Of a stretch of DNA of 64,000 nucleotides, positions 21,728 through 31,792 are shown piece by piece. Position numbers and translations under genes: made by a program. The stretch comes from Gammaproteobacteria bacterium (GTDB lineage Bacteria; Pseudomonadota; Gammaproteobacteria; Eutrophobiales; Eutrophobiaceae): NCBI GenBank assembly GCA_965222155.1, contig CBDCTH010000012.1, forward strand, positions 1,408,001 to 1,472,000. Reading direction: 5' to 3'. Under the pieces are notes generated by a model. It did no database searches and was not told where the DNA came from. It saw nothing but the letters and a program-made list of their open reading frames with translations. Numbering within the stretch: position 1 is the first letter of the stretch; each line of letters opens with the position of its first letter.

Positions 21728-22544
21728 CGAGCGCACCGGCAAAATCCCTTACGGAAATCTTCTCTTTTACAAGTTTTAAATCATCGGCAAAACCGGCAGA
21801 TGCGCACACTCGGCATAGGCCGGTGAAGACTTCTCAGCAGTGGCAAACTGCATGACCTGTCCACGGTTCAAATCAAATGCATTATCGTTTTCAGTTACCA
21901 GGGTTTAAAGAATTACTGATGACGAAATTATCCAGACTGCGCCCTGTTTTCCGGGCGCCGGCCTGTAACCTGGGTTGTACAACATCATTAACATACGATA
22001 CGGGAAACAGTGTACCGAGCAGGCCATCAGCAATCTCCCCGGAGAGTTCAATCATCCTGGGACCAATCGCCGCCATGTATATCGGCACGGGATGTTTAGG
22101 CGGTATCTTCAACTGAAAGTCCTTGATCCGGAATATATCACCTTCATAAGTCACCCTGTCCCCTGAGAGTATCCCCTTAAGAATAGTGATGTATTCCCGC
22201 ATCGCTCTCAGCGGTCTCTCATAATGACGACCATGCCAGTTTTCAACATAAGGCCGCGCCTGAGTACCGAGTCCGAGTATTATGTGTCCCGGACAAATAT
22301 ATGACAGTGTCGAAATGGTCATGGCCATCACTGCCGGTGAACGACCCCACGGGCCTACAATACACGTCCCGAGCATGAGGTTTTCCGTCTCGGTCGCCAC
22401 CACGGTCATGGGTGTAAATCCATCACTGAATATGATTTCCGGAAACCAGGCACTATGAAAACCGGCCGTATCCATTTGCAACGCAAATCGCCGGATCTCG
22501 TCGAGGGGCAGGGCGTTCAGGGAAATGCCTATTCTATTATGCAT
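21726..22544 (-). pseudogene. LLM-class (luciferase-like) flavin-dependent oxidoreductase, frameshifted and truncated
   Basis: AWFPE, ILGLG, PIYMAAIGPRMIELSGEIADG; continues across two frameshifts (TLVTEND...PAYAE, then ASAGFADD...DFAGALA) until it abuts the peptidase. Confidence 0.75.
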
Positions 22545-22783
22545 TAACTACAGAACATTGATTAAACAAGGATTACTCAAAATAATCCTATCACATTAGA
22601 ATGTTAACTTAATCAATCATTGCCGGGGGGCACTTCAAAGTACGGGTACGGCATCGCCCCAAATACATTAATGGTAAACTGAATGCTGAGACCGGAAATA
22701 AATCAGCAATGAGATAGTTGTGTCATTAATACAAAAAAATCGCCCGCTAAGGATCGTATCAGCTTTTCTGCAGGAGATGCCTT

Positions 22784-23422
22784 TTGTCTACACCCGTTAA
22801 GCAATACGGAAGCAGCGCCGCTCAGTTGCCTGAAGTCGGTGAGAAAGACCGTTTGCTTGCCGAGGCGATCGGCGCGCAGATCCGGGAATTCCGCAAACAA
22901 CTGAAAATGACTGTCGTTGAGGTTTCAAAACAGGCAGGTTTATCCCAGGGCATGTTGTCAAAGATAGAACGGGGTGTGACGTCTCCATCACTCAATACCT
23001 TATCTGCTATTGCCGGGGCATTAAACGTCCCCGTAACCGCTTTTTTCAGGAAATATGAAGAACAGCGGGATTGCAGTCACGTGAGGGACGGAGAGGGCCT
23101 GGTTATCGAAAGGCAGGGATCACGGGCCGGACATCAATACCGGTTGCTGGGACATAACATCAGTAAGCGCATCAATACGGAACCCTACCTGATCACCTTG
23201 ACGGATGAGTCCGAAGTGTTTCCATTATTTCAGCACCAGGGCGTGGAGTTCATTTACCTGCTGGAAGGGGAAGTAGTCTATCGTCATGCCAACCGGACAT
23301 ACCTGTTGCGCCCGGGAGATTCCCTGTTTTTTGACGCGGAAGCCCCCCATGGACCGGAGGAACTCATCCGCCTGCCAATCCGTATGATCGCGGTGCTTTC
23401 CAGTTCAAACGTCGAAGAATAA
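22784..23422 (+). CDS. XRE-family HTH + cupin transcriptional regulator
   Basis: LSQGMLSKIERGVTSPSL HTH; FQHQGVEFIY...GDSLFFDAEAPHGP cupin; sits upstream of mgs genes. Confidence 0.9.
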   Translation: MSTPVKQYGSSAAQLPEVGEKDRLLAEAIGAQIREFRKQLKMTVVEVSKQAGLSQGMLSKIERGVTSPSLNTLSAIAGALNVPVTAFFRKYEEQRDCSHVRDGEGLVIERQGSRAGHQYRLLGHNISKRINTEPYLITLTDESEVFPLFQHQGVEFIYLLEGEVVYRHANRTYLLRPGDSLFFDAEAPHGPEELIRLPIRMIAVLSSSNVEE

Positions 23423-23447
23423 TATTCATAAAAAGAAAATAATATTC

Positions 23448-23476
23448 TTGATATTACCAGGCATTCATAATATTCT
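23448..23476 (+). promoter_or_regulatory. Candidate sigma70 promoter of the mgs operon overlapped by repeated AATATTC boxes
   Basis: TTGATA-N17-TATTCT; AATATTC at 23421, 23441 and 23469. Confidence 0.4.
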
Positions 23477-23531
23477 TAACCGGTCATTGATTATAAGAAT
23501 ATAGAGGCGGTGTTTACCTGCGTGGCATGTC

Positions 23532-24428
23532 ATGTGCGGAATAGTCGGTTTATTCAGTAAATCCCCGTTCATTGAAGATCGGTTAGGTGAGTTGTTGTCA
23601 CGTATGCTGACGGAGATGGCGGAACGTGGGCCTGACAGTACGGGTATAGCCGTTTACCGTGATCGCGTACACGAGTCGATGACGAAGATTACCCTGCTCA
23701 GCACGGCGGCGGAGTTCGACTGGCAGCAGATGGGCGACGAGATTTCCAGCGTATTCCCGGGGTCCAACAGCGTCAGGTCAAAGGAAAACCACGCCGTCGT
23801 AACCACTGCCGTGTCGGCAGGCCGGTTTCGGGAATGGGTTAACCGGGAATATCCGGCATTGCATATCAACAGCACGGGCGCCAGTATTGAAATATACAAG
23901 GAAAAAGGCCTGCCGGCGGAGGTGATAGAGCGCTTCGGCGTTGCCGGAATGCAGGGTACGCACGCCCTGGGGCACACGCGCATGGCTACGGAGAGTGCGG
24001 TAACCACTGAACATTCTCATCCTTTTTCCACAGGCGAGGATCTATGCCTGGTCCATAACGGGTCTCTCAGCAATCATAATGGTTTACGTGAGTTTCTCAT
24101 AAAACGGGGCATTGATATCTATACGGATAACGACAGCGAGGTGGCGGCGGCTTACCTGACCTGGCGCATGCGTGAGGGCATGTCGCTTGATGAAGCCCTG
24201 CAGGCGGCGTTACAAGACCTGGATGGTTTTTTCACATTTGCCATCGGCACAAAAGACGGCTTTGCGGTATTGCGCGACCCGATTGCCTGCAAACCTGCGG
24301 TGATGGCGGAAACCGCCGACTGGGTGGCAATGGCGTCCGAATACCGTGCAATTGCCGTATTGCCAGGCGCCGACCAGGCCAAATACTGGGAACCCGAACC
24401 GGCGACGGTCTATAGCTGGAGTCATTGA
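23532..24428 (+). CDS. mgsA: N-methylglutamate synthase subunit A (class II glutamine amidotransferase, GlxB-like)
   Basis: N-terminal MCGIVG, RGPDS, GHTRMATES, HNGSLSN; operon context. Confidence 0.88.
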   Translation: MCGIVGLFSKSPFIEDRLGELLSRMLTEMAERGPDSTGIAVYRDRVHESMTKITLLSTAAEFDWQQMGDEISSVFPGSNSVRSKENHAVVTTAVSAGRFREWVNREYPALHINSTGASIEIYKEKGLPAEVIERFGVAGMQGTHALGHTRMATESAVTTEHSHPFSTGEDLCLVHNGSLSNHNGLREFLIKRGIDIYTDNDSEVAAAYLTWRMREGMSLDEALQAALQDLDGFFTFAIGTKDGFAVLRDPIACKPAVMAETADWVAMASEYRAIAVLPGADQAKYWEPEPATVYSWSH

Positions 24429-25120
24429 CGCCCGTGCACGAGTTTAACCTGGACGAAGTCAGTATCAGGGAGCTCAACCAGGCATTGCACAACCATAACG
24501 GCAGTGATGAGCATTCTGCCTGGTCGGTGACAAACACAAAAGGAAAACATGCGGTCGCCGTTGGTATTGATGCGCCGCTTGAAGTCACGATTGACGGGCA
24601 CGTGGGATACTACTGCGCCGGTATGAACAAGCGGGCGTCGGTGACGGTACGCGGTAATGCCGGACCCGGGGTCGCGGAGAATATGATGTCGGGGAGGGTG
24701 CGGGTGACGGGTAATGCATCCCAGTACGCCGGCGCCAGCGCACACGGCGGATTGCTGGTTATTGAGGGCAATGCGAGTTCCCGCTGCGGCATCTCCATGA
24801 AGGGCGTGGATATTGTCGTCAGGGGTTCCGTCGGACACATGGGCGCGTTCATGGCCCAGAAAGGGCGCCTGGTCATCTGCGGCGACGCCGGCATTGCGCT
24901 GGGGGATTCGTTGTATGAAGCGCATATCTATGTGAAGGGGAAGGCTGCCGGCCTGGGAGCAGACTGTGTGGAGAAGCCGATGACCGCGCAGCATGAACAG
25001 GAAATAGACCAATTACTGGAGCAAGCGAGCGTCACCGGCGTAGTCGCGGCTGATTTTCGCCGGTACGGTTCCGCCCGTAAGCTGTATCACTTCGATATTG
25101 ACAACGTGGACGCTTATTGA
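24425..25120 (+). CDS. mgsB: N-methylglutamate synthase subunit B (GXGXG, GlxC-like)
   Basis: GHVGYYCAGMN, GVAENMMSG, RCGISMKG, GDSLYEA. Confidence 0.88.
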   Translation: MTPVHEFNLDEVSIRELNQALHNHNGSDEHSAWSVTNTKGKHAVAVGIDAPLEVTIDGHVGYYCAGMNKRASVTVRGNAGPGVAENMMSGRVRVTGNASQYAGASAHGGLLVIEGNASSRCGISMKGVDIVVRGSVGHMGAFMAQKGRLVICGDAGIALGDSLYEAHIYVKGKAAGLGADCVEKPMTAQHEQEIDQLLEQASVTGVVAADFRRYGSARKLYHFDIDNVDAY

Positions 25121-26448
25121 TGTCTGAAAAGAATACACCGGATTGGCTGCGTGAATCCGCGACCTTTCCGCGGCCGGTCATTGCCGACATCCAGCGTGCC
25201 GCGCGCACCGGGATATATGATATACGCGGTTTCGGAGCGAAACGCCGGCTACCGTCTTTTGACGATTTGGTCTTCCTCGGCGCCAGCATGTCGCGTTACC
25301 CCCTTGAAGGCTATCGGGAACGTTGTGATACCAGCGTGGTGCTGGGCACGCGCTATGCGAAAAAGCCCTTAGAACTGAAAATTCCCGTCACCATAGCCGG
25401 GATGAGTTTCGGCGCCCTGTCGGCGCCGGCAAAGGAAGCATTGGGCCGGGGCGCCTCCGAAGTGGGTACCAGCACCACCACCGGTGACGGCGGCATGACG
25501 CCGGAAGAGCGGGAACATTCCAACCTGCTGGTTTATCAATTGCTGCCTTCCCGCTACGGCATGAACCCGGATGATTTACGTAAGGCGGATGCCGTAGAAG
25601 TGGTGGTGGGGCAGGGCGCCAAGCCCGGCGGTGGCGGTATGTTGCTGGGCCAGAAGATCAGCGAACGGGTTGCGGAAATGCGCGATCTGCCGGAAGGGAT
25701 TGACCAGCGCAGCGCCTGCCGCCACCCGGACTGGACCGGGCCGGATGACCTGGAGATCAAGATCCGGGAGTTACGTGAAATCACAGACTGGGAAAAACCC
25801 GTTTATATTAAAGTGGGGGCTGCCCGAACTTATTACGACACCATGCTGGCAGTTAAGGCAGGGGCAGACGTTATCGTCGTGGATGGTATGCAGGGAGGCA
25901 CCGCGGCAACCCAGGATGTATTTATCGAACACGTAGGCATTCCCACACTGCCGGCGGTAAGACTGGCCGTGGAAGCCCTGAAAGAAATGGATATGCACCG
26001 GAAAGTACAGTTGATCGTGTCCGGGGGCATACGCAGCGGCGCGGACGTGGCCAAGGCGCTGGCCCTTGGCGCCGATGCAGTTTCCATAGGGGTCGCAGCC
26101 TTGATAGCCCTGGGTGACAACAGCCCGGAATTTGAAGATGAATACCGCAAACTGGGTACTTCTGCGGGTTATTATGATGACTACCAGGATGGCCGGGACC
26201 CTGCGGGCATTTCCACGCAAAGCGATACACTTGCAGAAAAACTTGATCCGGCCAAGGGAGGAAGGCGGCTTGCCAATTATCTGCGGGTATTGACATTGGA
26301 AACCCAGACCCTGGCGCGCGCCTGCGGCAAGAGCCACGTGCACAACATGGAACCTGAGGACCTGGCGGCGCTGACTATAGAAGCCGCCGCCATGGCCAAA
26401 GTGCCGCTTGCGGGCACTGACTGGATTCCCGGAGACAACAAATTCTGA
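25120..26448 (+). CDS. mgsC: N-methylglutamate synthase subunit C (FMN-binding glutamate synthase family, GlxD-like)
   Basis: AGMSFGALS, TTGDGG, GQGAKPGGGG, DGMQGGTAA, SGGIRSGADVAKA. Confidence 0.9.
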   Translation: MSEKNTPDWLRESATFPRPVIADIQRAARTGIYDIRGFGAKRRLPSFDDLVFLGASMSRYPLEGYRERCDTSVVLGTRYAKKPLELKIPVTIAGMSFGALSAPAKEALGRGASEVGTSTTTGDGGMTPEEREHSNLLVYQLLPSRYGMNPDDLRKADAVEVVVGQGAKPGGGGMLLGQKISERVAEMRDLPEGIDQRSACRHPDWTGPDDLEIKIRELREITDWEKPVYIKVGAARTYYDTMLAVKAGADVIVVDGMQGGTAATQDVFIEHVGIPTLPAVRLAVEALKEMDMHRKVQLIVSGGIRSGADVAKALALGADAVSIGVAALIALGDNSPEFEDEYRKLGTSAGYYDDYQDGRDPAGISTQSDTLAEKLDPAKGGRRLANYLRVLTLETQTLARACGKSHVHNMEPEDLAALTIEAAAMAKVPLAGTDWIPGDNKF

Positions 26449-26489
26449 TCCGGACACATTAAAATCGAGGCATTGTAGAGGAAACCAAC

Positions 26490-27797
26490 ATGACAACCGA
26501 CCTGGCACAAGTTGCAAAACAAAATGGCATCAAATATTTTCTTATCAGTTTTGTCGACCTGTTTGGCACATTGAGATCAAAACTGGTCCCGGCGCGGGCA
26601 ATCGGGGATATGCAGAGAGAAGGCGCCGGGTTTGCCGGATTTGCCGCGTGGCTGGATATGACTCCGGCCGATCCTGACATGTTCGGCATACCGGACCCGG
26701 ACAGCCTGATCCAGCTACCCTGGAATAAGGAAGTGGGCTGGCTGGCTTCAGACCTGTGGATGAACGGAAAAGAAGTGGAAGCATCGCCGCGCATCGTCCT
26801 GAAACGGCAACTGGCCAAAGCGGAACAGGACGGATACCGGATGAAAACGGGTGTTGAATGTGAATATTTCCTGATTAACCAGGAGGGCACGGCCATCTCC
26901 GACCCGGCCGATACGCAGAGCAAACCCTGTTACGACCAACAGGCGCTGATGCGCCGTTATCCCGTCATTAAAGCCATCTGTGACTGTATGCTGGAACTGG
27001 GTTGGGGGCCGTATCAAAACGACCACGAGGATGCCAACGGTCAATTTGAGATGAACTGGGATTATGCCGATGCCCTGACGACGGCAGACCGGCACGTCTT
27101 TTTCAAGTACATGGCCAAAACCATTGCGGAACAGCATGGTTACCGGGCGACATTCATGCCTAAACCGTTTGCTGATTTAACCGGCAACGGTTGCCATACC
27201 CACGTTTCCGTATGGGATCAAACAGGCGAAACAAACCTGTTCCTGGAAAACAGCGATGAACTGGGCTTGTCCGGACTCGCCTACCATTTTCTTGGCGGGG
27301 TCATGCACAATGCCACTGCGCTTTGTGCGCTGTTCAACCCGACCGTTAACAGCTACAAGCGCATTGACGCGCCGCGCACCCTGTCCGGGGCAACCTGGTC
27401 GCCCAGTTCGGTCACCTACACCGGCAATAATCGTACTCACATGATCCGTGTCCCGGATGCCGGACGGTTTGAACTGCGCCTCATGGATGGTTCCACCAAT
27501 CCCTACCTGTCCCAGGCCGGCATCCTGGCCGCCGGACTGGATGGGATAAACAACGGGCGTGACCCGGGCAAACCGCTGCATATCAACATGTACGAAGAGG
27601 GACACAAGGTAAAATCCGCACGCAAATTACCGGCCACCCTCCTGGATGCCTTGCGCCTGCTGGAAAAAAACAGGGTACTACGCGCAGGACTGGGGGATGA
27701 ATTTGTCGATTCCTATATCAAGTTGAAAATGCAGGAATGGGGGGAGTACACCTCACATCTCAGTGACTGGGAGCGGCGGAACACACTGGACTGTTGA
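26490..27797 (+). CDS. gmaS: Gamma-glutamylmethylamide synthetase (type III glutamine synthetase-like, GlnT)
   Basis: GAGFAGFA, KPCYDQQALMR, DHEDANGQFEMN, SGATW, NNRTH; follows mgsABC. Confidence 0.9.
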   Translation: MTTDLAQVAKQNGIKYFLISFVDLFGTLRSKLVPARAIGDMQREGAGFAGFAAWLDMTPADPDMFGIPDPDSLIQLPWNKEVGWLASDLWMNGKEVEASPRIVLKRQLAKAEQDGYRMKTGVECEYFLINQEGTAISDPADTQSKPCYDQQALMRRYPVIKAICDCMLELGWGPYQNDHEDANGQFEMNWDYADALTTADRHVFFKYMAKTIAEQHGYRATFMPKPFADLTGNGCHTHVSVWDQTGETNLFLENSDELGLSGLAYHFLGGVMHNATALCALFNPTVNSYKRIDAPRTLSGATWSPSSVTYTGNNRTHMIRVPDAGRFELRLMDGSTNPYLSQAGILAAGLDGINNGRDPGKPLHINMYEEGHKVKSARKLPATLLDALRLLEKNRVLRAGLGDEFVDSYIKLKMQEWGEYTSHLSDWERRNTLDC

Positions 27798-27861
27798 AAT
27801 CTGTCAGGAATGATACAGCCTGGACTTCTGGTTCAGGCCAGATAGTTGCCTAATTCATGAT

Positions 27862-29262
27862 TTGGCTGTACATTCAGCCAAAGAGATGAAGAATCAACCT
27901 GAAACCGGTTCCTCAACTAACGCCGGGCGAGAAGACTATCCAAACCAGGTCTATGCCTGGTATGTCGTCAGTGTCTTGACGGTGGCCTATATCTTTTCGT
28001 TCATTGACCGGCAAATACTGAACCTGCTGGTGGAACCAATCCAGCAGGATCTGAATCTGTCCGACACGCAGATATCTCTGCTGCAGGGGATTGCCTTCGC
28101 GCTGTTCTACACCCTGATGGGTATTCCGATTGCCCGTCTTGCAGACGTATCCAACCGCCGTTCCATTATTGCCGCCGGCGTGTTTCTCTGGAGCCTGATG
28201 ACTGCCTTGTGTGGACTGACGAAAACGTTCTGGCAGTTGTTTGCCGCGCGCGTAGGAGTGGGTGTCGGTGAGGCTGCATTATCTCCTCCGGCATATTCGT
28301 TGTTCAGCGATTATTTTCCGCCCGGTAAAGTCACGCGGGCTATCGCGGTCTTTACCGGGGGCAGCTTTCTAGGTGCGGGGTTGGCGTATATTATCGGCGG
28401 CTTCGTCGTTGATTATGTGACCAGCCTCGATACTGTAGAAATACCTTTTATCGGGCAGTTGCGGGCCTGGCAACTGGCATTCATCGTCGTTGGTTTACCC
28501 GGAATATTACTGGCGCTGCTGGTGATGACCCTGCGTGAACCGGCGCGCAGAGGCCTGCTTGGAGATGAACCGGGCGCTACCCCGAAAGGCATTCCGATTA
28601 AGGACATAATCGGATTTCTGCGTAAAAACCGGCGTACTTACGGGCATCACCTGATCGGGGTTTCCATGTTTGTGATGCTCGCTTATGCGATTTTGGCCTG
28701 GACGCCCGCATTCTTTATACGCAAGTATGGCTGGACGCCGGGTGAGGTCGGTCTCATTTATGGATTTATGCTATTGATCTTCGGGACTTCCGGCGTAGTC
28801 AGCGCGGGATGGATAGCAGATGCGTTGCGCCGGCGCGGCTATACGGACGCCAACCTGAGAGTCATCATGATCGGGGCGCTCTGTGCCACCCCGTTCGGTA
28901 TAGCCGCGCCGCTGGTCGACAATGTCTGGCTTGCGCTGGCACTCATGGCGCCGTTTACCTTTCTATGGAGTCTGCCCCACGGCATCGCGCCGGCCGCACT
29001 GCAACCTGTGACACCCAACCAGATGCGCGCGCAGGTTTCTGCGCTGTACCTGTTGAGTGTCAACCTGATAGGTCTGGGGATAGGTCCAACCTTCGTTGCC
29101 CTGATGACTGATTATCTATACAAGGATCCGGCCCTGGTAGGCCATTCCCTGGCGACAGTGGCTGCGATTTCAGCGCCGTTGTCGGCGCTTATTCTGTACA
29201 CGGGATTAAAATATTACAGAGCCAGTCTGGCGGAAGCAGAGGAGGGATGGCAGAAGATGTAA
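27862..29262 (+). CDS. MFS transporter (spinster-like)
   Basis: SFIDRQIL, ARVGVGVGEAALSP, about 12 TM segments; exact start uncertain. Confidence 0.88.
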   Translation: MAVHSAKEMKNQPETGSSTNAGREDYPNQVYAWYVVSVLTVAYIFSFIDRQILNLLVEPIQQDLNLSDTQISLLQGIAFALFYTLMGIPIARLADVSNRRSIIAAGVFLWSLMTALCGLTKTFWQLFAARVGVGVGEAALSPPAYSLFSDYFPPGKVTRAIAVFTGGSFLGAGLAYIIGGFVVDYVTSLDTVEIPFIGQLRAWQLAFIVVGLPGILLALLVMTLREPARRGLLGDEPGATPKGIPIKDIIGFLRKNRRTYGHHLIGVSMFVMLAYAILAWTPAFFIRKYGWTPGEVGLIYGFMLLIFGTSGVVSAGWIADALRRRGYTDANLRVIMIGALCATPFGIAAPLVDNVWLALALMAPFTFLWSLPHGIAPAALQPVTPNQMRAQVSALYLLSVNLIGLGIGPTFVALMTDYLYKDPALVGHSLATVAAISAPLSALILYTGLKYYRASLAEAEEGWQKM

Positions 29263-29269
29263 AAATACA

Positions 29270-29303
29270 ACACACTGTCGATTATTACACACTGTCGATT
29301 ATT
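29270..29303 (+). repeat. Perfect 17-bp tandem duplication
   Basis: ACACACTGTCGATTATT twice (29270-29286, 29287-29303). Confidence 0.95.
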
Positions 29304-29304
29304 A

Positions 29305-29333
29305 TTGACAAATTTATTTACAAAGATTATCCT
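29305..29333 (+). promoter_or_regulatory. Sigma70 promoter of the second TonB-dependent receptor
   Basis: Consensus TTGACA, 17-bp spacer, TATCCT; 37 bp upstream of the ORF start. Confidence 0.6.
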
Positions 29334-29370
29334 GACATTGGCTTAGAGTTTCATATTATTAAGGGGGATA

Positions 29371-31725
29371 ATGATGATTACCTGCTCAATGACAGGGAGA
29401 GATCCCATTTATCGGTTTACTACTTCAGTCCTTTCTTTTGTTAAAAATATCCACTTATATCAACGAGTAATAATTGCTATTTCATGTATTACTTTATTTT
29501 CTCTGCCCGTATTCGCGCAAATTGAGGAAATCATCGTTACGGCGCAAAAGCGCGAACAGAATGTCCAGGACGTATCTATTTCGATAACGGCATTTACCGG
29601 TGATACGTTACAGGACCTCGGTGTTGCCCAACCCCGGGACCTGGCACAGTTCACGCCTGGGTTGACGGTTAACGCCAGTTCCTCCTATGAGGGCGATTCG
29701 GTGTTCACCATTCGCGGGGTAGGGATGAACGACGTCACCAGCAAACAGAACCCGGCGGTCATGATCTACCTGGATGAAATCGCCCTGCCGTCGCACGTCA
29801 TGCTGGGCTTCCAGATGTTCGACGTGGACCGGATTGAGGTACTGAAGGGACCGCAAGGGACTCTGTATGGTCGCAATACCACGGGCGGCGCCATAAAGGT
29901 CGTGCCGCGCAAGCCCACCAAGGAGTTCGACCTGCAGGCGCGCTTCGATTATGCGGAATATGACAGGACGGAGTTGGAACTGGGTATCGGTGGTCCTTTG
30001 AGCGATACCCTGTCGGCACGGGTTGCCACGAATATTAACGTATCGCAGAACGGCTGGCAGACTCTTGAGACAATACCGGAAGTACCGTTCGGTCCAGGGG
30101 TGGATCCCGATAACGGGGAGATTGACAGGAAGGCCTATCGCGGATCGATACTGTGGGAACCCACTGAGCAATTTGACATCCTCATCAGCGGCGACTATTC
30201 AGAGGATAAATCCGAGGTAATGGCATTCAAACATGCGGGCAACCTGAGGGCGGATGGTAACGGTTTCTGTTCCTATGCAACCGAAGGCATACGCAATGAG
30301 GTGGAATGCGCCTCATTCGCGCAGATACGCGACCGCACGGGTGGAACGGCTTTGACGCCTAAAAGAGAGGTAATCCAGGACCGCAACCCGGATATACGCA
30401 CGGTACTGGGCGAATTCTCCAGCGGCAATCAGGTAGATGCCGAATCCTGGGGAATTTCAGCGACAGTCAACATTGATTTCGGCCGGTTTACCGCCACCTC
30501 CATCACCGGTTACCGGGAATTTGACCGGTACCAACCCCTGGACCAGGGCGGTTCGCCTGCGCTTATTCACGAAATCAGGAACTGGGAAGATATCACTAGT
30601 TTTACCCAGGAGATACGCTTTGCTTCCGACGATAGCTGGGGCTCAATAGACTGGATTGTCGGCGGCTTCTATAGCAATGACGATAATGATTTCTTCTCCG
30701 ATACTGATTTTCGCGACCATGCTTCGTTCTCCGGGTTTTTTGAAAGCGAATCGACCCAGGAAACGGAAGGCATCTCTGCATTTGCACAGGTGGACTGGCG
30801 TATTCATGAGCAATTGAACCTGTCCATGGGCGTGCGTTATACCGATGAAGACCGCGAGTTTACCTTCGGGGGTATGATAAGCGGCAGCGGACCGGTGCCG
30901 CTCGCTGAGTTCACACATCCCAAACTCAATACCGAGGAGGTGGGCGGCAGGGTGGCGCTGGAGTTCACGCCGACCGACAACCTGTTGCTCTATGCCAGTT
31001 TCAACCGCGGCTTCAAGAGCGGCGGATTCCCGGCGTCGATTGCCTTTACCCGCAACCAGCTTTTGCCGTTTCAATCCGAGGAATTACTGGCGTACGAAGC
31101 CGGCTTCAAGTCCACGCTGCTTGACGGCAGCGTACGGTTCAACGCCGCGGGCTATTACTATGACTGGAATGACATGCAGGCGAGAGCGGCGCTCGATAGA
31201 ATCGACCCCGTTTCGGGACAGAATGTCAGGGTGATTACGTTGGGTACTGCAGGTGATGTTGAAATCTACGGCGCCGAGGCGGAGTTCACCTGGCAGCTTA
31301 CCCCTGGATTGCTGGTATATACCGGCGTTAACCTGATGGATGCGGAAATCAAAAACGGTGATTATGAGGACCAAACCCCTGCCCATGCGCCTGATTTCAC
31401 GATAAACGGCCTGGTCAGCTACACGGCGTCACAGGGAATAGGCGGGTTCCGGCCTTTTGCCCAGTTCGATTACAGCTATACCGATTCAAACCAGTTTATT
31501 CTGCCGAATCACCCGGGCGCCGTGCAGAATTCCTATACGCTGCTGAATGCCCGGATAGGTCTCAGGTCCGATGACGGGCACTGGGAACTGGTCGGCTGGG
31601 GTCGTAACCTGTCCGACAAGGAATACTTCAGTGAAATATTCGGGCCTGCTTCAGGCTTTCTGCCCGGCCGTATTCAGTACGGCCCACCGAGGATATTCGG
31701 GGTAAGCATCAGTTACAGCCATTGA
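29371..31725 (+). CDS. TonB-dependent receptor
   Basis: IEEIIVTAQKREQ TonB box, DRIEVLKGPQGTLYGRNTTGG, C-terminal PRIFGVSISYSH. Confidence 0.95.
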   Translation: MMITCSMTGRDPIYRFTTSVLSFVKNIHLYQRVIIAISCITLFSLPVFAQIEEIIVTAQKREQNVQDVSISITAFTGDTLQDLGVAQPRDLAQFTPGLTVNASSSYEGDSVFTIRGVGMNDVTSKQNPAVMIYLDEIALPSHVMLGFQMFDVDRIEVLKGPQGTLYGRNTTGGAIKVVPRKPTKEFDLQARFDYAEYDRTELELGIGGPLSDTLSARVATNINVSQNGWQTLETIPEVPFGPGVDPDNGEIDRKAYRGSILWEPTEQFDILISGDYSEDKSEVMAFKHAGNLRADGNGFCSYATEGIRNEVECASFAQIRDRTGGTALTPKREVIQDRNPDIRTVLGEFSSGNQVDAESWGISATVNIDFGRFTATSITGYREFDRYQPLDQGGSPALIHEIRNWEDITSFTQEIRFASDDSWGSIDWIVGGFYSNDDNDFFSDTDFRDHASFSGFFESESTQETEGISAFAQVDWRIHEQLNLSMGVRYTDEDREFTFGGMISGSGPVPLAEFTHPKLNTEEVGGRVALEFTPTDNLLLYASFNRGFKSGGFPASIAFTRNQLLPFQSEELLAYEAGFKSTLLDGSVRFNAAGYYYDWNDMQARAALDRIDPVSGQNVRVITLGTAGDVEIYGAEAEFTWQLTPGLLVYTGVNLMDAEIKNGDYEDQTPAHAPDFTINGLVSYTASQGIGGFRPFAQFDYSYTDSNQFILPNHPGAVQNSYTLLNARIGLRSDDGHWELVGWGRNLSDKEYFSEIFGPASGFLPGRIQYGPPRIFGVSISYSH

Positions 31726-31732
31726 GGGATAT

Positions 31733-31768
31733 GTCGCGCATCCTTGTAAAACAGGGTGCGCGACTTTT
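31733..31768 (+). terminator. Intrinsic terminator / stabilising hairpin after the receptor gene
   Basis: GTCGCGCATCCTTGT-AAA-ACAGGGTGCGCGAC followed by TTTT. Confidence 0.7.
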
Positions 31769-31792
31769 GCAATTCGGATTCAGTACGTTGGG

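Noticed and set aside
25771-26517. Long antisense ORFs (e.g. 248 aa here, 257 aa at 19867-20640, 269 aa at 37387-38196)
   Set aside because: Shadow frames of well-supported plus-strand genes with no recognisable motifs.
23532-27797. Ordinary glutamate synthase / glutamine synthetase for ammonium assimilation
   Set aside because: The three-piece split GltB-like genes plus type III GS motifs match mgsABC-gmaS.
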